IMG/VR virus record: IMGVR_UViG_3300031760_000005
Location: 1 to 64,000 of that record
DNA: 64,000 nt
Direction: 5' to 3' (one strand)
Source: a virus
Taxonomy: Duplodnaviria; Caudoviricetes
The position numbers and the translations under genes are program-made. Positions 1 through 10,221 of the stretch are shown piece after piece. How positions within the stretch are numbered: position 1 is the first letter of the stretch; each line of letters begins with the position of its first letter. Below the pieces are notes generated by a model. That model saw only the letters and a program-made list of their open reading frames with translations, was not told where the DNA came from and searched no databases.

Positions 1-28
1 TGGTAGAATATGAATTCTACCATTTTTT
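1..28. terminator. Intrinsic terminator-like hairpin
   Basis: TGGTAGAAT-ATGA-ATTCTACCA followed by T-run. Confidence 0.6.
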
Positions 29-73
29 GTAAGTAATTAAATACTTTTATATTGTTAATTTTTTATTTAATTA

Positions 74-364
74 TTATATCTTCATAACTCTATTTTTAGA
101 CCTTAAAACATATTCTGCTCTGCCCCATTTACCGTCAACAAATCTATTAAAATGTTGTATAATTTTAAAATTATCTATTAAGTCATAATTTGGTTGAATT
201 TTAACAAAACAATCAGTAAACCCGACAATTTCTCCGGTTGCCATAAAATCAAATTCATCTCTATAATTAGTACAAACAAATGCAACAATATCATTTATTG
301 CAATATCTTGATCCAAGCAATCTGTTGGTCTAATGTTCCAAGGAATTATTTCATTATTTTCCAT
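74..364 (-). CDS. Hypothetical phage protein
   Basis: 96-aa ORF coupled to upstream gene. Confidence 0.7.
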   Translation of the reverse strand: MENNEIIPWNIRPTDCLDQDIAINDIVAFVCTNYRDEFDFMATGEIVGFTDCFVKIQPNYDLIDNFKIIQHFNRFVDGKWGRAEYVLRSKNRVMKI

Positions 365-1391
365 ATAAAGTTCTATCTTTAAGTATTTTAATAAATTGTT
401 CTTGAGTTAAAGTACAGCCAGCAGCACCTTTATGACCACCACCATTATAATTCTGCTTTAAAAATTCTCCACAATGGAACCAATAATCATCATTAATATT
501 ATACATAGACAATACCCAATTTCTATTAGGAGAATGTTTAAATACGAGACCCAATTGAATATCTTTATCAGTCTTTTTTAACGATTTAAACATAGTAGAA
601 TTAGTGGCACCTTGATGGAATATTGCACATGCTTTAATATATAATGGACGTCCTTTATCCTCGTCATATACTGCAATTTGCCAAGTCTTATCACCACTTT
701 GCTGAATAATTCCTTCCATTACGACATCATCATAATTATTAAGAATTTCTCCATAATCCAAAAATGATTTTATGTCTACTATATTTTTATGACCCTCATT
801 CCAATACTTTATAATATTATGAACATGGGCAGCAATAAGATCAAAATTAAGGTTGAATTTTATTGTATACGCTTTGTTGATAGCTTTTACATAATCAAAC
901 TCATATCCCTCACGTTCATAGGACCAACTATCCCATGCAGACAATATGCGGAATAATTCAGGAACATCTTTGTTATTATAATGCTCATTAAATGCATCAT
1001 AAAGATATTCATAAACACAAAGAATAGCTGATTTAGATGTATTTCTAACACCTAAAGCATCAGCAAAACCTAAAGAAAAAGATTCATCGATAATAGGCTT
1101 ATGATGATCACACCAAATAAATAATTTATCATTATATTCATCATATATCTTCTTCATATATTTTCCATCATTGAAAGATATATCAGTCATAATGATATTT
1201 TCATATTCTTCTTTAAGTGTTTTAATTGGGTGGTCCTTTTCGAATTGTGCAAGCAAATTATAATCTGCACCAAACAATGTAATTTCGAATTTGTCAATAT
1301 TGAGTGTGCTTGTCAAATAATCATAGAATAATGCTCCGGAAACTACTCCATCATTATCTTCTCGATGATAAATTATTAAATATTTTTTCAT
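354..1391 (-). CDS. DHH/DHHA1 family phosphoesterase
   Basis: YHREDNDG, TDISF, CDHH and GGGHKGAAG motifs; start moved to MKKYLII. Confidence 0.85.
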   Translation of the reverse strand: MKKYLIIYHREDNDGVVSGALFYDYLTSTLNIDKFEITLFGADYNLLAQFEKDHPIKTLKEEYENIIMTDISFNDGKYMKKIYDEYNDKLFIWCDHHKPIIDESFSLGFADALGVRNTSKSAILCVYEYLYDAFNEHYNNKDVPELFRILSAWDSWSYEREGYEFDYVKAINKAYTIKFNLNFDLIAAHVHNIIKYWNEGHKNIVDIKSFLDYGEILNNYDDVVMEGIIQQSGDKTWQIAVYDEDKGRPLYIKACAIFHQGATNSTMFKSLKKTDKDIQLGLVFKHSPNRNWVLSMYNINDDYWFHCGEFLKQNYNGGGHKGAAGCTLTQEQFIKILKDRTLYGK

Positions 1392-1401
1392 AAATTTATA
1401 A

Positions 1402-1701
1402 TTATTTATTTTCTGTTGAAACATATTTTTGTATATATCGTTGTTGAGGATCTAATGTATAACTTACACCTCCATAAAAACCAAAATTATGAAATACCTT
1501 AAAAATCTCAACTATTTTATTTTGTTCATCTATTGTCATTTCTTTTAACTCTTCGCTTAAATTAAATTCCTTATCAATGAGATTAATTAAATCCATAAAA
1601 TGGTCTTCACGATATTGTTCCATAAATATTGCAAATTCAGGAGGTAGTTCAGCTAATTGTTCATCAAATGTTTTATATTTTTCATTTTTTATTTCATCCA
1701 T
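1402..1701 (-). CDS. Hypothetical protein
   Basis: 99-aa ORF in operon. Confidence 0.7.
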   Translation of the reverse strand: MDEIKNEKYKTFDEQLAELPPEFAIFMEQYREDHFMDLINLIDKEFNLSEELKEMTIDEQNKIVEIFKVFHNFGFYGGVSYTLDPQQRYIQKYVSTENK

Positions 1702-1706
1702 ATAAT

Positions 1707-2918
1707 TTATATTAATTTATTTGCCATATTTATTGCTGCTAATATAGTATCATCCATATCTAAATATTGATATAAACCTAAACGTCCTCCAACTATTATA
1801 TTCATATCATGTTCTTTATTATATATTTCTAATTCATTTAAATATTTATTATAAAGTTCATTGTTTTCTTCATTATTAATTGGGTAATAACGTTCTAATC
1901 CTATTTTCCAATCTACTGGTAGTTCAAATGTTTTACATACAGGTGTCCCAATAAATTTAGATAAAACTTCTGGTGTAAAATATATATGATCTATAACTCT
2001 TGTATATTTATTATTTTTTCCAACAAAATTTGTTTGTGCGGTTCCTTGACTTGTTTTATAATCAAAAGGATAATATTCATCTTTAAATTCTAAACTTCTC
2101 CAATTTAATATACCAAATTTAAAATAAAATAATTCATCAATGGATCCACAATATATAATGTTTTTATATGTATTTTCAAGTTGAGATCTTTCTTTTAAAA
2201 AATCAGTATTTAATATATATGAAATTGGTTTATCTAATGTATTATCTATATGTTTGCCATCTAAAATATTTTTAACCATTTTGGTATATCCACCAATAGG
2301 AATACCTTGAAATGTATCATCAAAATAATTATTATCAAAATATAATCTAAATGGTAAACGTTTTATAATATCAGGAGATAAATTTTTACATGATGTATTC
2401 CATTGTTTTTCTGTATAATTCTTAATTAATTTTTCATAAATTGTTTTACCCACTAAACTTATTGCTTGTTCCTCTAAATTTATTGGAGATTCTTTTCCAT
2501 TTACAAAATCATAACTATTAATTTCATCTTCTATAATATTTAAAATTTTATCTATATCATATATTCCAAAAATATCATATAATGTATTTCTATTAAATGG
2601 CATATGATATAATTTATTATCATCATCAATAGCTAAAACATTTAATCTGAAATTATTAAAGTTCGCATATTTGGTAACAAAATCTATAACTAATGAATTT
2701 GATGTATGAAAAACATGAGGTCCATAATCATGTCTAGTCATTGTATATGATGCATTATCCTTTTCAATAGTTATTGGAGTATCATATACATTTCCGCCCA
2801 AATGAAAACGTTTATCAATAACTAGACATTTATGACCATTATTAGTTAAATGTCTAGCTATTGTTACTCCATATAAACCTGCGCCAACAATCAAAAAATC
2901 ATCATTGTTCTTCATCAT
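1707..2918 (-). CDS. glf: UDP-galactopyranose mutase
   Basis: IVGAGLYG FAD motif, GGNVYD, HDYGPHVFHT, YTEKQW, YFDDTFQGIP, RYYP, GRLGLYQYLDMD. Confidence 0.92.
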   Translation of the reverse strand: MMKNNDDFLIVGAGLYGVTIARHLTNNGHKCLVIDKRFHLGGNVYDTPITIEKDNASYTMTRHDYGPHVFHTSNSLVIDFVTKYANFNNFRLNVLAIDDDNKLYHMPFNRNTLYDIFGIYDIDKILNIIEDEINSYDFVNGKESPINLEEQAISLVGKTIYEKLIKNYTEKQWNTSCKNLSPDIIKRLPFRLYFDNNYFDDTFQGIPIGGYTKMVKNILDGKHIDNTLDKPISYILNTDFLKERSQLENTYKNIIYCGSIDELFYFKFGILNWRSLEFKDEYYPFDYKTSQGTAQTNFVGKNNKYTRVIDHIYFTPEVLSKFIGTPVCKTFELPVDWKIGLERYYPINNEENNELYNKYLNELEIYNKEHDMNIIVGGRLGLYQYLDMDDTILAAINMANKLI

Positions 2919-3222
2919 GTTCTAAAATAATTTGCTCAATATTTGGTGATTCTTCTACTTGTTTCTTATCATTTGCTTCATATTTTTGTAAATACCACAA
3001 TAATACATCTGCCTCATATGTTGCATCTTCACGTTCTTTAACAGTCAAACGTAAATTATCAATTATTTCTTTAAATAAATTTTTTACAGTCTTATTATCA
3101 TTATCACCTCCAGCTTCAAATCTTACTGTACGTTGACAAGAATTACCCATCGAACCATAACTGATATTAAGTGTTATAATATTATCAGTTTCGGTAGTAC
3201 TAACTTCAAATGTAAATTTCAT
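2902..3222 (-). CDS. Hypothetical protein
   Basis: 106-aa ORF overlapping neighbours. Confidence 0.7.
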   Translation of the reverse strand: MKFTFEVSTTETDNIITLNISYGSMGNSCQRTVRFEAGGDNDNKTVKNLFKEIIDNLRLTVKEREDATYEADVLLWYLQKYEANDKKQVEESPNIEQIILEHDEEQ

Positions 3223-3494
3223 TATTTCTTAACTATATATTTTTCATAATTACCTGTTTTAAGACAGCAATTTTTATACTTTAAACCGCTTCCGCAAGGA
3301 CATGGATCATTTCTACCAATTTTATGTTCTCTAATTTTAGGTGTATGAGACATTTTATAATTTTCTATAGCTTCCATAATTTTTTTATTATCTGAAGCTG
3401 CTGTTATTTCATTTTGTGCCTTTTTAAAATCTTTAGGAGCTGATGTTGCTGCACTAAGTATAGTTTCATTAATATTTAATAAATTATTTTCCAT
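3222..3494 (-). CDS. SEC-C motif protein
   Basis: [20 protein letters not shown]; likely start MENNLL. Confidence 0.85.
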   Translation of the reverse strand: MENNLLNINETILSAATSAPKDFKKAQNEITAASDNKKIMEAIENYKMSHTPKIREHKIGRNDPCPCGSGLKYKNCCLKTGNYEKYIVKK

Positions 3495-3530
3495 AAAAAA
3501 CAAACATATATTTTTTATAAAATAGAAATA

Positions 3531-3557
3531 AAAAAGAGAGGTATTCAATACCTCTCT
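3531..3557 (-). terminator. Intrinsic terminator after SSB
   Basis: AGAGAGGTATT-C-AATACCTCTCT with flanking A-run. Confidence 0.65.
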
Positions 3558-3584
3558 ATATATTATATCATTTTAATTTAAATA

Positions 3585-4736
3585 TTAAAATGGAAGATCA
3601 TCGTTATTATCAAGTGGTTGTGTAAATGGTGCTGTAGTTGGCTCAGCTGCAGGAACAGTATAATCTGAATCTGCTTTATTGTCACCAGTATCTGTAGAAT
3701 TATTAGAAATTACTTCAGGTACCTCATCTGATTTAGCTGGATCATTACCACTCAATACAATATCAATCCATTTTTGTACACGAGCTTTTGTTTCATCATT
3801 CCATTCCTTATAACTTAATTGTTCTATCAAATTAGGACATACTGTCTTAATACCAGCAAGTACTTTAGAATAAATAGTTCTCAATTCAGCAGTTAAAGGA
3901 TTAGCATTTAATTCTGCTGAAAGTGATTCGCGAGTTTCTGGATCTTTGGACTTCCAAATTTTTGAACATAATGCTACATAATCATCAAGAACTGCTTGCT
4001 CTCTATCATTAAGAATTGGACTACCATCAGGATTTATAACTGATACTGGATCTTCAGAAAGCTCACCAATATATTTTGTATCACGTGCATAACGTTCATC
4101 ACCTGGATTACCTGGACCAGGAACTACTTCAAGTTCAATTGAACGTCCAAATAAATAATCCATTACTGGAATTGCAGCCTTCTTAGATTCTGGAGATGGT
4201 GATTGCTTGTTCATGATTAATTCATAAATAGCCTTTGGAAGCTTCCAGAATAAATATTTACCTACTAATTCTGGTTGATTTTCATCTTCCAATACTTGAA
4301 CTACGCAATAACGTGCAAAACGCTTATCGAATATTTCATTACCGCCATCTTTCTTTAAAGCAGCTTGTTTCCAAAGTTCTGGGTTTTCTTCTTTCTTTGC
4401 ATAATGACACTTCTTCCATGCTTTAAAAATGGGGCATGAAGTATCACCAACTGTTAATGAAGATATTACAGTTAACCATCCCTTTTCATCATGAATAGCA
4501 TAAGATTGTTGTTCAAGAATAGAATCTTTAAAATTAAAAGGATTATAAACGGGTTTAATTACACAGCGATAATGGCCGTCTTCAGATTTAGAATCTTGTG
4601 GTTTAGTTTTGTAAATAAAAGGATTACCTTGTGATTGTGGTCTTTCATTGTTTGTTCTGTTGTTTACTGTTAATTGTGAAGGATCAAAACCTAAAATGTC
4701 GTTTTCAATTACTTCTGTTGTCATAATTTTTTTCAA
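3585..4736 (-). CDS. T4 gp32-like single-stranded DNA-binding protein
   Basis: SSLTVGDTSCPI, RFARYCVVQVLED..PELVGK; acidic tail ending DDLPF. Confidence 0.75.
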   Translation of the reverse strand: MKKIMTTEVIENDILGFDPSQLTVNNRTNNERPQSQGNPFIYKTKPQDSKSEDGHYRCVIKPVYNPFNFKDSILEQQSYAIHDEKGWLTVISSLTVGDTSCPIFKAWKKCHYAKKEENPELWKQAALKKDGGNEIFDKRFARYCVVQVLEDENQPELVGKYLFWKLPKAIYELIMNKQSPSPESKKAAIPVMDYLFGRSIELEVVPGPGNPGDERYARDTKYIGELSEDPVSVINPDGSPILNDREQAVLDDYVALCSKIWKSKDPETRESLSAELNANPLTAELRTIYSKVLAGIKTVCPNLIEQLSYKEWNDETKARVQKWIDIVLSGNDPAKSDEVPEVISNNSTDTGDNKADSDYTVPAAEPTTAPFTQPLDNNDDLPF

Positions 4737-4837
4737 AATATTTTTCTAAAATTGCTTGTTAAATTGACATGGGCTTTAACCATATCATTTATATATTTAA
4801 AATAGACTTGTCAAATATAATAATTTCAAATTTTTAT

Positions 4838-5170
4838 TTAATTAATGCCAAGAGTATTAGGGATTTTTCCACCAGTAATAGGAGTTGGTGGAGGAGATAT
4901 TATTGCCGTTTGAGTTACCATAGAACCAACAGTAATTATTGTGCCTGTTATATCCGCATTTCTTACATAATAATCTATTGCGCCAGCTAAAGACTCAGCT
5001 AACGGTTCAGATACCATCTCATCAAAAGTATTCTTAAAATCTTCAGCAACTTTACGACCAGCTTCAGATTCATTTCCAAAACTATTTAACATACATTGTT
5101 CTAAAGCTGGAGGAATAGTATTGGATAAAGCTGCTTTAATTTGATCTTTTAAATCATTTTTCTTTAACAT
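4838..5170 (-). CDS. Hypothetical protein (possibly structural)
   Basis: 110-aa ORF with Thr/Gly-rich C-terminus. Confidence 0.6.
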   Translation of the reverse strand: MLKKNDLKDQIKAALSNTIPPALEQCMLNSFGNESEAGRKVAEDFKNTFDEMVSEPLAESLAGAIDYYVRNADITGTIITVGSMVTQTAIISPPPTPITGGKIPNTLGIN

Positions 5171-5178
5171 TCATTATA

Positions 5179-5544
5179 TTATTTATTTATTATCCAACAT
5201 GCAAACTCATATAAACCTGCATATATATCATTTAATGTTTGAGTATTAAAATTACTATTAGGCTTAATTATAGTATCAACATATTCAGCAACTAATTTAT
5301 GAATTTGAAGACCTTGCTCAGTAGATACCTTTTCAGATGGACGTTCAACCGCTTTTTTCTTATCGTTTTTATGGGCATTTTCATAAATTGAATTACCTAA
5401 ATCTTTAATAGAATCCAATACACTTTCAGTGTTCTCTCCACTAATTGTCATTAATAAGTTAAATAATGGATTATTTTTTAATTCATTTATTGATTCATTA
5501 AATGTATTCAAATCTTCTTTATTAGTTAAATCTAAATTTTTCAT
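5179..5544 (-). CDS. Hypothetical protein
   Basis: 121-aa ORF downstream of promoter motif. Confidence 0.7.
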   Translation of the reverse strand: MKNLDLTNKEDLNTFNESINELKNNPLFNLLMTISGENTESVLDSIKDLGNSIYENAHKNDKKKAVERPSEKVSTEQGLQIHKLVAEYVDTIIKPNSNFNTQTLNDIYAGLYEFACWIINK

Positions 5545-5598
5545 ATTTAATTTAAGTGTTTTTAAAGTTATTTAAAAATAATTAAAACTTTCTAATTT

Positions 5599-5628
5599 AA
5601 TATAGTTTTTCAATAAGAAATGATTCAA
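5599..5628 (-). promoter_or_regulatory. Early/middle promoter motif TTGAAT-N18-TATATT
   Basis: Recurrent motif upstream of minus-strand operons. Confidence 0.6.
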
Positions 5629-5679
5629 TTTTATAATCGTATAAACATTATTATTATATAAAATAAAATATTTTATTTA

Positions 5680-6087
5680 ATGGCTGAATTAACAATAAAT
5701 GGTATTAAATTTAATATAAATCCAAATGATTATTACGGTAATTGTATCAATACTAAAATAGTGCCATTAGAGACAAAACAAGAATCTAATGATAAACCAG
5801 ATATTGAATATTTACAAGAAATGGTCAATAACAATAAAGATTGGAATAAAATAATTAATATTATTGACGTAGATTTTAATAATGCAGAAATAACTGATAT
5901 TGAAAATAATACTATCTCATTAAAAACAATATCTGATTTATTAAATATTATACAACAACAAAATAATGAAATTAATAAACTTAAAAAAGATATGGATTTA
6001 TTAGTTTCATATAGTATGGCTTATAATTGGGGTCCTAATACTCCTAATACTGATTTCTATGAGAATCAAACTGTATACGTAAATTAA
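5680..6087 (+). CDS. Hypothetical virion/fibre-associated protein
   Basis: First gene of fibre cluster; coiled-coil C-half. Confidence 0.6.
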   Translation: MAELTINGIKFNINPNDYYGNCINTKIVPLETKQESNDKPDIEYLQEMVNNNKDWNKIINIIDVDFNNAEITDIENNTISLKTISDLLNIIQQQNNEINKLKKDMDLLVSYSMAYNWGPNTPNTDFYENQTVYVN

Positions 6088-6125
6088 ATAAATAAATTAT
6101 AATAAATAAATTTTATATAACAAAT

Positions 6126-7523
6126 ATGGCAATAAAAGATCAAATAACTATTACAACTAAAGATGATCAAGGTAATCCATTGATAAAAGGATTATTTTCT
6201 CAAATTTCCTTAAAAGGAAATAGATACGAGGTACAAGATACCGCAGCAAGAGATGCTATTGATAATTTAAATGCAATAGCTACACAAGGTTTACAAAAAG
6301 CAACAACTACAACATTAGGTGGTATTAAAGCATCATTTGGAACAGAAATTGGAAACACTTATCCAACCATAATTGTTGATAATGATGGCTTCGGATATGT
6401 ATCTGGCGCCGCAATGGCAGGTCATAACCATGATGATAGATATTACACAGAAACAGAAATTGATGGTTTCTTTACTGGAATTAGAGGTACATCATCAGAT
6501 GCAGCATCTGCAGAAACTATTGCTGGTGCTAAAAAATATGCAGCTGATGCAGTTGCAGCATTAGCGCAAACTGTTGAAGATACATACGCAGGACTTGATT
6601 CAACAACACTTGCAACTATTAATCAAATTAAAGCAGAATTACAAAATCCTGATAATGAAAATGGTTTTAACTCATTCCTTGATACTGCTAAAACAACATT
6701 ATCTAAAACTGTTAAAGGTATAAAATATGATAATGAATCATATACTTTATCTTATACAAAAGATGATCCATCAGATGAGAATGCTACATGGGATTCTTTA
6801 GTAAATGCGCAAACTTTAGTTACTGATGGTTTACAAATAGCAACAGGTGAAACATTAGGTGGTATTAAAGGAACATCATATGAATCAACTGTAGATTTTT
6901 CACAGAGCGATAGATATTATGGTGTAATAATTGACCAATCAGGTTTAGCATATGTAAATGTACCTTGGACTGATACTCACGTAACTGCTGCCTCAACTAC
7001 AACATTAGGTGGAATCAAACTTTATAGTGCAAAAGGTAGTACAGCAATTGAACCTCAAACCGCTTCTACAGCAGCTAATCGTTACTATCAAGTACAATTA
7101 GATTCAAATAATAAAGCATTTGTAAATGTACCTTGGACTGATACATTATATACATTACCACAAGCTACAGCATCAGTATTAGGTGGTGTGAAAGTTTCTT
7201 ATAATTATACTTCAGCATTAGATAATATACATGATGTTCATGCAGAAAGTGATAGTAGTGAGATGCTTGACTCTCATTATCAATATCATTTTGGTTTACA
7301 ATCAGATAGTACCGGTAAGGCATTTGTAAATATACCTCAATTAGCGTATTTAGGTGGTAAATTAGAATCAGTAAATTATAGTGGTGGCAAACTTAAAACA
7401 ACAACTGATAGCAATGGATCATCTTTTACAGAAGTAGTATCAGCGTCTCAAATTGTTACAGATGGTGATGGTTTAAAGAAATCAGAAATGAAAGTAGAAA
7501 ATCAAATTCTTTATTTAGGATAA
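6126..7523 (+). CDS. Head/tail fibre protein
   Basis: Repeated ATTTTLGGIK and AYVNVPWTDT modules, GHNHDDRYYTETEID motif. Confidence 0.75.
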   Translation: MAIKDQITITTKDDQGNPLIKGLFSQISLKGNRYEVQDTAARDAIDNLNAIATQGLQKATTTTLGGIKASFGTEIGNTYPTIIVDNDGFGYVSGAAMAGHNHDDRYYTETEIDGFFTGIRGTSSDAASAETIAGAKKYAADAVAALAQTVEDTYAGLDSTTLATINQIKAELQNPDNENGFNSFLDTAKTTLSKTVKGIKYDNESYTLSYTKDDPSDENATWDSLVNAQTLVTDGLQIATGETLGGIKGTSYESTVDFSQSDRYYGVIIDQSGLAYVNVPWTDTHVTAASTTTLGGIKLYSAKGSTAIEPQTASTAANRYYQVQLDSNNKAFVNVPWTDTLYTLPQATASVLGGVKVSYNYTSALDNIHDVHAESDSSEMLDSHYQYHFGLQSDSTGKAFVNIPQLAYLGGKLESVNYSGGKLKTTTDSNGSSFTEVVSASQIVTDGDGLKKSEMKVENQILYLG

Positions 7524-7543
7524 AAATATAAATAAAATATATA

Positions 7544-9367
7544 ATGGCAGACAATCAACAAATTTCTAAACTTAATATTAAAGGCACAGTCTTTGATATA
7601 GTCGATGAGTATGCTCGTAGTAAAATATATGAAGCGCCAACATATACTGCTAAAAGTAGTGGCCTTTATAAAATAACTGTAGACGGCGGTGGTCACGTAA
7701 GTGCAACTGCTGCTGTAACAGCTAGTGATTTACCAAGTCATACACATGATCACTCACACACTCAATATTTGACAGCTCACCAAAGTTTAGCTCACTCACA
7801 TAGTCAATATGCAAATACAAGTCACTCTCACTTACAATATATAACAACTGTAGGTACTGGTTTAACTAAAAGTGGTCAATCAATTAGTTTAAATAAAGCA
7901 GCTATTGATTCTGATTCATCATCTCCTCGCGTATTAGGTGGTATTTTACCATATAATGCATATAATTTTGATATGACAAATTATATTCAAAATATAACAC
8001 CTGATAGTAGTGCTAATGACAATTATGGTATAACAGTAGATGCAAATGGTCTTGCATTCGTAGGATTACCTGATTTTTCATTAACAAGTCACTCGCACAG
8101 TCAATATTTGACAAGTTTAGCTCACTCGCATAGTCAATATGCAACTACAAGTCACTCTCATAGCAATTATTTGACAGCTCACCAAAATTTAGCTCATTCA
8201 CATAGCAATTATTTGACAGCCCACCAATCATTAGCACACTCACACTCTCAATATGCATTTGGTACTGGTACTTTAGCAAATTTAACTGGTGCCACATCAT
8301 CAACAGATAACACAGGTAAATTATGGGGTGCTTATACATTAGTACAATGGATGAGTGATATTATTGGTGCTGATTTAAGTGCGATTTCATCAACATCTGC
8401 GGAAATTGAAAAGATATTAGAAGATAATGACGTAAGTACAGGTTTATTGAAAAGAATTAGTAGTTTGGAAACTAATAAAGCTAATAAATCTGCAACTGTA
8501 TCTACAATAACTTACGATACAACTAATAAGAAAATCACAAAAACAATTAATGGTACAACAACAGATGTTGTAACTGCTGCTACAATTGTTACAGATGGTG
8601 GAGGTATAAAATCATTAGCACACTCACACACACAATATTTAACAAGTTTATCTCACTCGCACACAGAATATATAACAACTAATGGTACTGGTTTAAGTAA
8701 AAATGGTCAAACACTTAGTTTAAAAACAGCATCAACTACTGAAATTGGTGGTATTAAAGTATCTTTTACTACTGCTAATAATACAGCTAATATAGCAGAT
8801 GTTACTGGTTCATCTGTTGAATATGGAGTTAGTTTAGATAAAAACAATTTAGCATATGTAACATTACCTGATTTTTCATTAACAAGTCACTCGCACAGTC
8901 AATATTTGACAAGTTTAGGTCACTCACATAGTCAATATTTGACAGCTCATCAATCATTAGCACACTCCCACACCCAATATTCAACTACTGATCACTCGCA
9001 CACTCAATATATAACAACTAATGGCACTGGTTTAAGTAAAAGCGGTCAAACACTTAATTTAAAAGCTGCAACAACTACTGAAATTGGTGGTATTAAAGTT
9101 AAAGCTGTTGGTACTACAGCAGTAACTACTGTTGGTGATGGTGGTACTTTCTACGGTGTTAATGTAGATAAAAACAATTTGGCATATGTAGCATTAGAGT
9201 TAGGTCACTCACACAGTAATTATTTAACAAGTTTAGCTCACTCGCACACTCAATATTTGACAGCTCACCAAAGTTTATCACACAAGCATAGTGAATATGT
9301 AAGACTTGATAATGTATGGTATAATTCTACTACTAAAACATTAAATATTGGCGTTGCACCTGCATAA
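7544..9367 (+). CDS. His-rich fibre protein
   Basis: About 17 HxHxxY repeats, EIGGIKV modules, GLYKITVD..GHVS motif. Confidence 0.75.
   Translation: MADNQQISKLNIKGTVFDIVDEYARSKIYEAPTYTAKSSGLYKITVDGGGHVSATAAVTASDLPSHTHDHSHTQYLTAHQSLAHSHSQYANTSHSHLQYITTVGTGLTKSGQSISLNKAAIDSDSSSPRVLGGILPYNAYNFDMTNYIQNITPDSSANDNYGITVDANGLAFVGLPDFSLTSHSHSQYLTSLAHSHSQYATTSHSHSNYLTAHQNLAHSHSNYLTAHQSLAHSHSQYAFGTGTLANLTGATSSTDNTGKLWGAYTLVQWMSDIIGADLSAISSTSAEIEKILEDNDVSTGLLKRISSLETNKANKSATVSTITYDTTNKKITKTINGTTTDVVTAATIVTDGGGIKSLAHSHTQYLTSLSHSHTEYITTNGTGLSKNGQTLSLKTASTTEIGGIKVSFTTANNTANIADVTGSSVEYGVSLDKNNLAYVTLPDFSLTSHSHSQYLTSLGHSHSQYLTAHQSLAHSHTQYSTTDHSHTQYITTNGTGLSKSGQTLNLKAATTTEIGGIKVKAVGTTAVTTVGDGGTFYGVNVDKNNLAYVALELGHSHSNYLTSLAHSHTQYLTAHQSLSHKHSEYVRLDNVWYNSTTKTLNIGVAPA
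7735..9300 (+). repeat. Intragenic HSH(S/T)QY repeats and duplicated modules
   Basis: Recurrent cactc(a/g)ca(c/t)a(g/c)tcaatat units; three copies of a YITT.GTGL.K.GQ...GGI module. Confidence 0.8.
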
Positions 9368-9389
9368 ATAATATGATAAATTTTTTAAT

Positions 9390-9418
9390 AAAAGAGACTC
9401 TTATTTGGAGTCTCTTTT
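9390..9418 (+). terminator. Intrinsic terminator
   Basis: AAAAGAGACTC-N7-GAGTCTCTTTT. Confidence 0.8.
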
Positions 9419-9429
9419 TTATTTTTAAT
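9419..9429 (+). promoter_or_regulatory. Putative late promoter motif TTATTTTTAAT
   Basis: Same 11-mer precedes several plus-strand operons. Confidence 0.45.
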
Positions 9430-9453
9430 TAGAAAATAATTAAATATATATTT

Positions 9454-10185
9454 ATGGCAGAAATTTCAAAACTTAATATTAAAGGTACTAATTATGAGAT
9501 AAGTGACGATACAGCCCGTTCAGGATTAACAAATAAAGCCGATAAAACTTCTGCTGTATCAAATGTAACTTATGATACAACAAATAAGAAACTAGCAAAA
9601 ACAATTAATGGGACAACAACAGATATTGTCACAGCATCACAAATTGTTAGCGATGGATTAAGAATTGCTGGAGGATATGAATCTAATTTTTTGGGTGGAA
9701 TAAGACCTCAATTAGGTTTATCTAATAACCTAAATACGAAAAATATTTATGATGTAGTAAATGAGATAAAAGATTTGTCTAATTCTTCAGATTATACTGC
9801 AAGTGATATATATCATGGACATCTGTCAGATCAATTACCATGTATAACTAACTCTATATATACAACTCCTGATGGTCATTTAATAGTAAATTTAGGAAAA
9901 ATGGCATATGCATATATAGATAGTTTTGGTGGTATGGGAGTTGATTATGCATATATGAATAATATAATAATTAATACGAATTCATTGGAATACGCTTTAG
10001 ATAAAATTATGAATTATAATCAAAGTTATTGTAAATCAAATTATATACGTGAATATGCAAACCATATTGAATGTAATTTGGGTAAATATATTGCGGTAAT
10101 GTATGAATTACTTGATATTGCTTTTGCAAGAATTGAAGCATTAGAGAGCTATTCATATGGTTACTCATATTCTTATAGTTATTAA
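9454..10185 (+). CDS. Fibre-related structural protein
   Basis: N-terminus ISKLNIKGT and TYDTTNKK..KTINGTTTD module shared with 7544..9367. Confidence 0.7.
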   Translation: MAEISKLNIKGTNYEISDDTARSGLTNKADKTSAVSNVTYDTTNKKLAKTINGTTTDIVTASQIVSDGLRIAGGYESNFLGGIRPQLGLSNNLNTKNIYDVVNEIKDLSNSSDYTASDIYHGHLSDQLPCITNSIYTTPDGHLIVNLGKMAYAYIDSFGGMGVDYAYMNNIIINTNSLEYALDKIMNYNQSYCKSNYIREYANHIECNLGKYIAVMYELLDIAFARIEALESYSYGYSYSYSY

Positions 10186-10221
10186 TATATATTGCGATTA
10201 TAAAATACTTTTGCTACTGGT

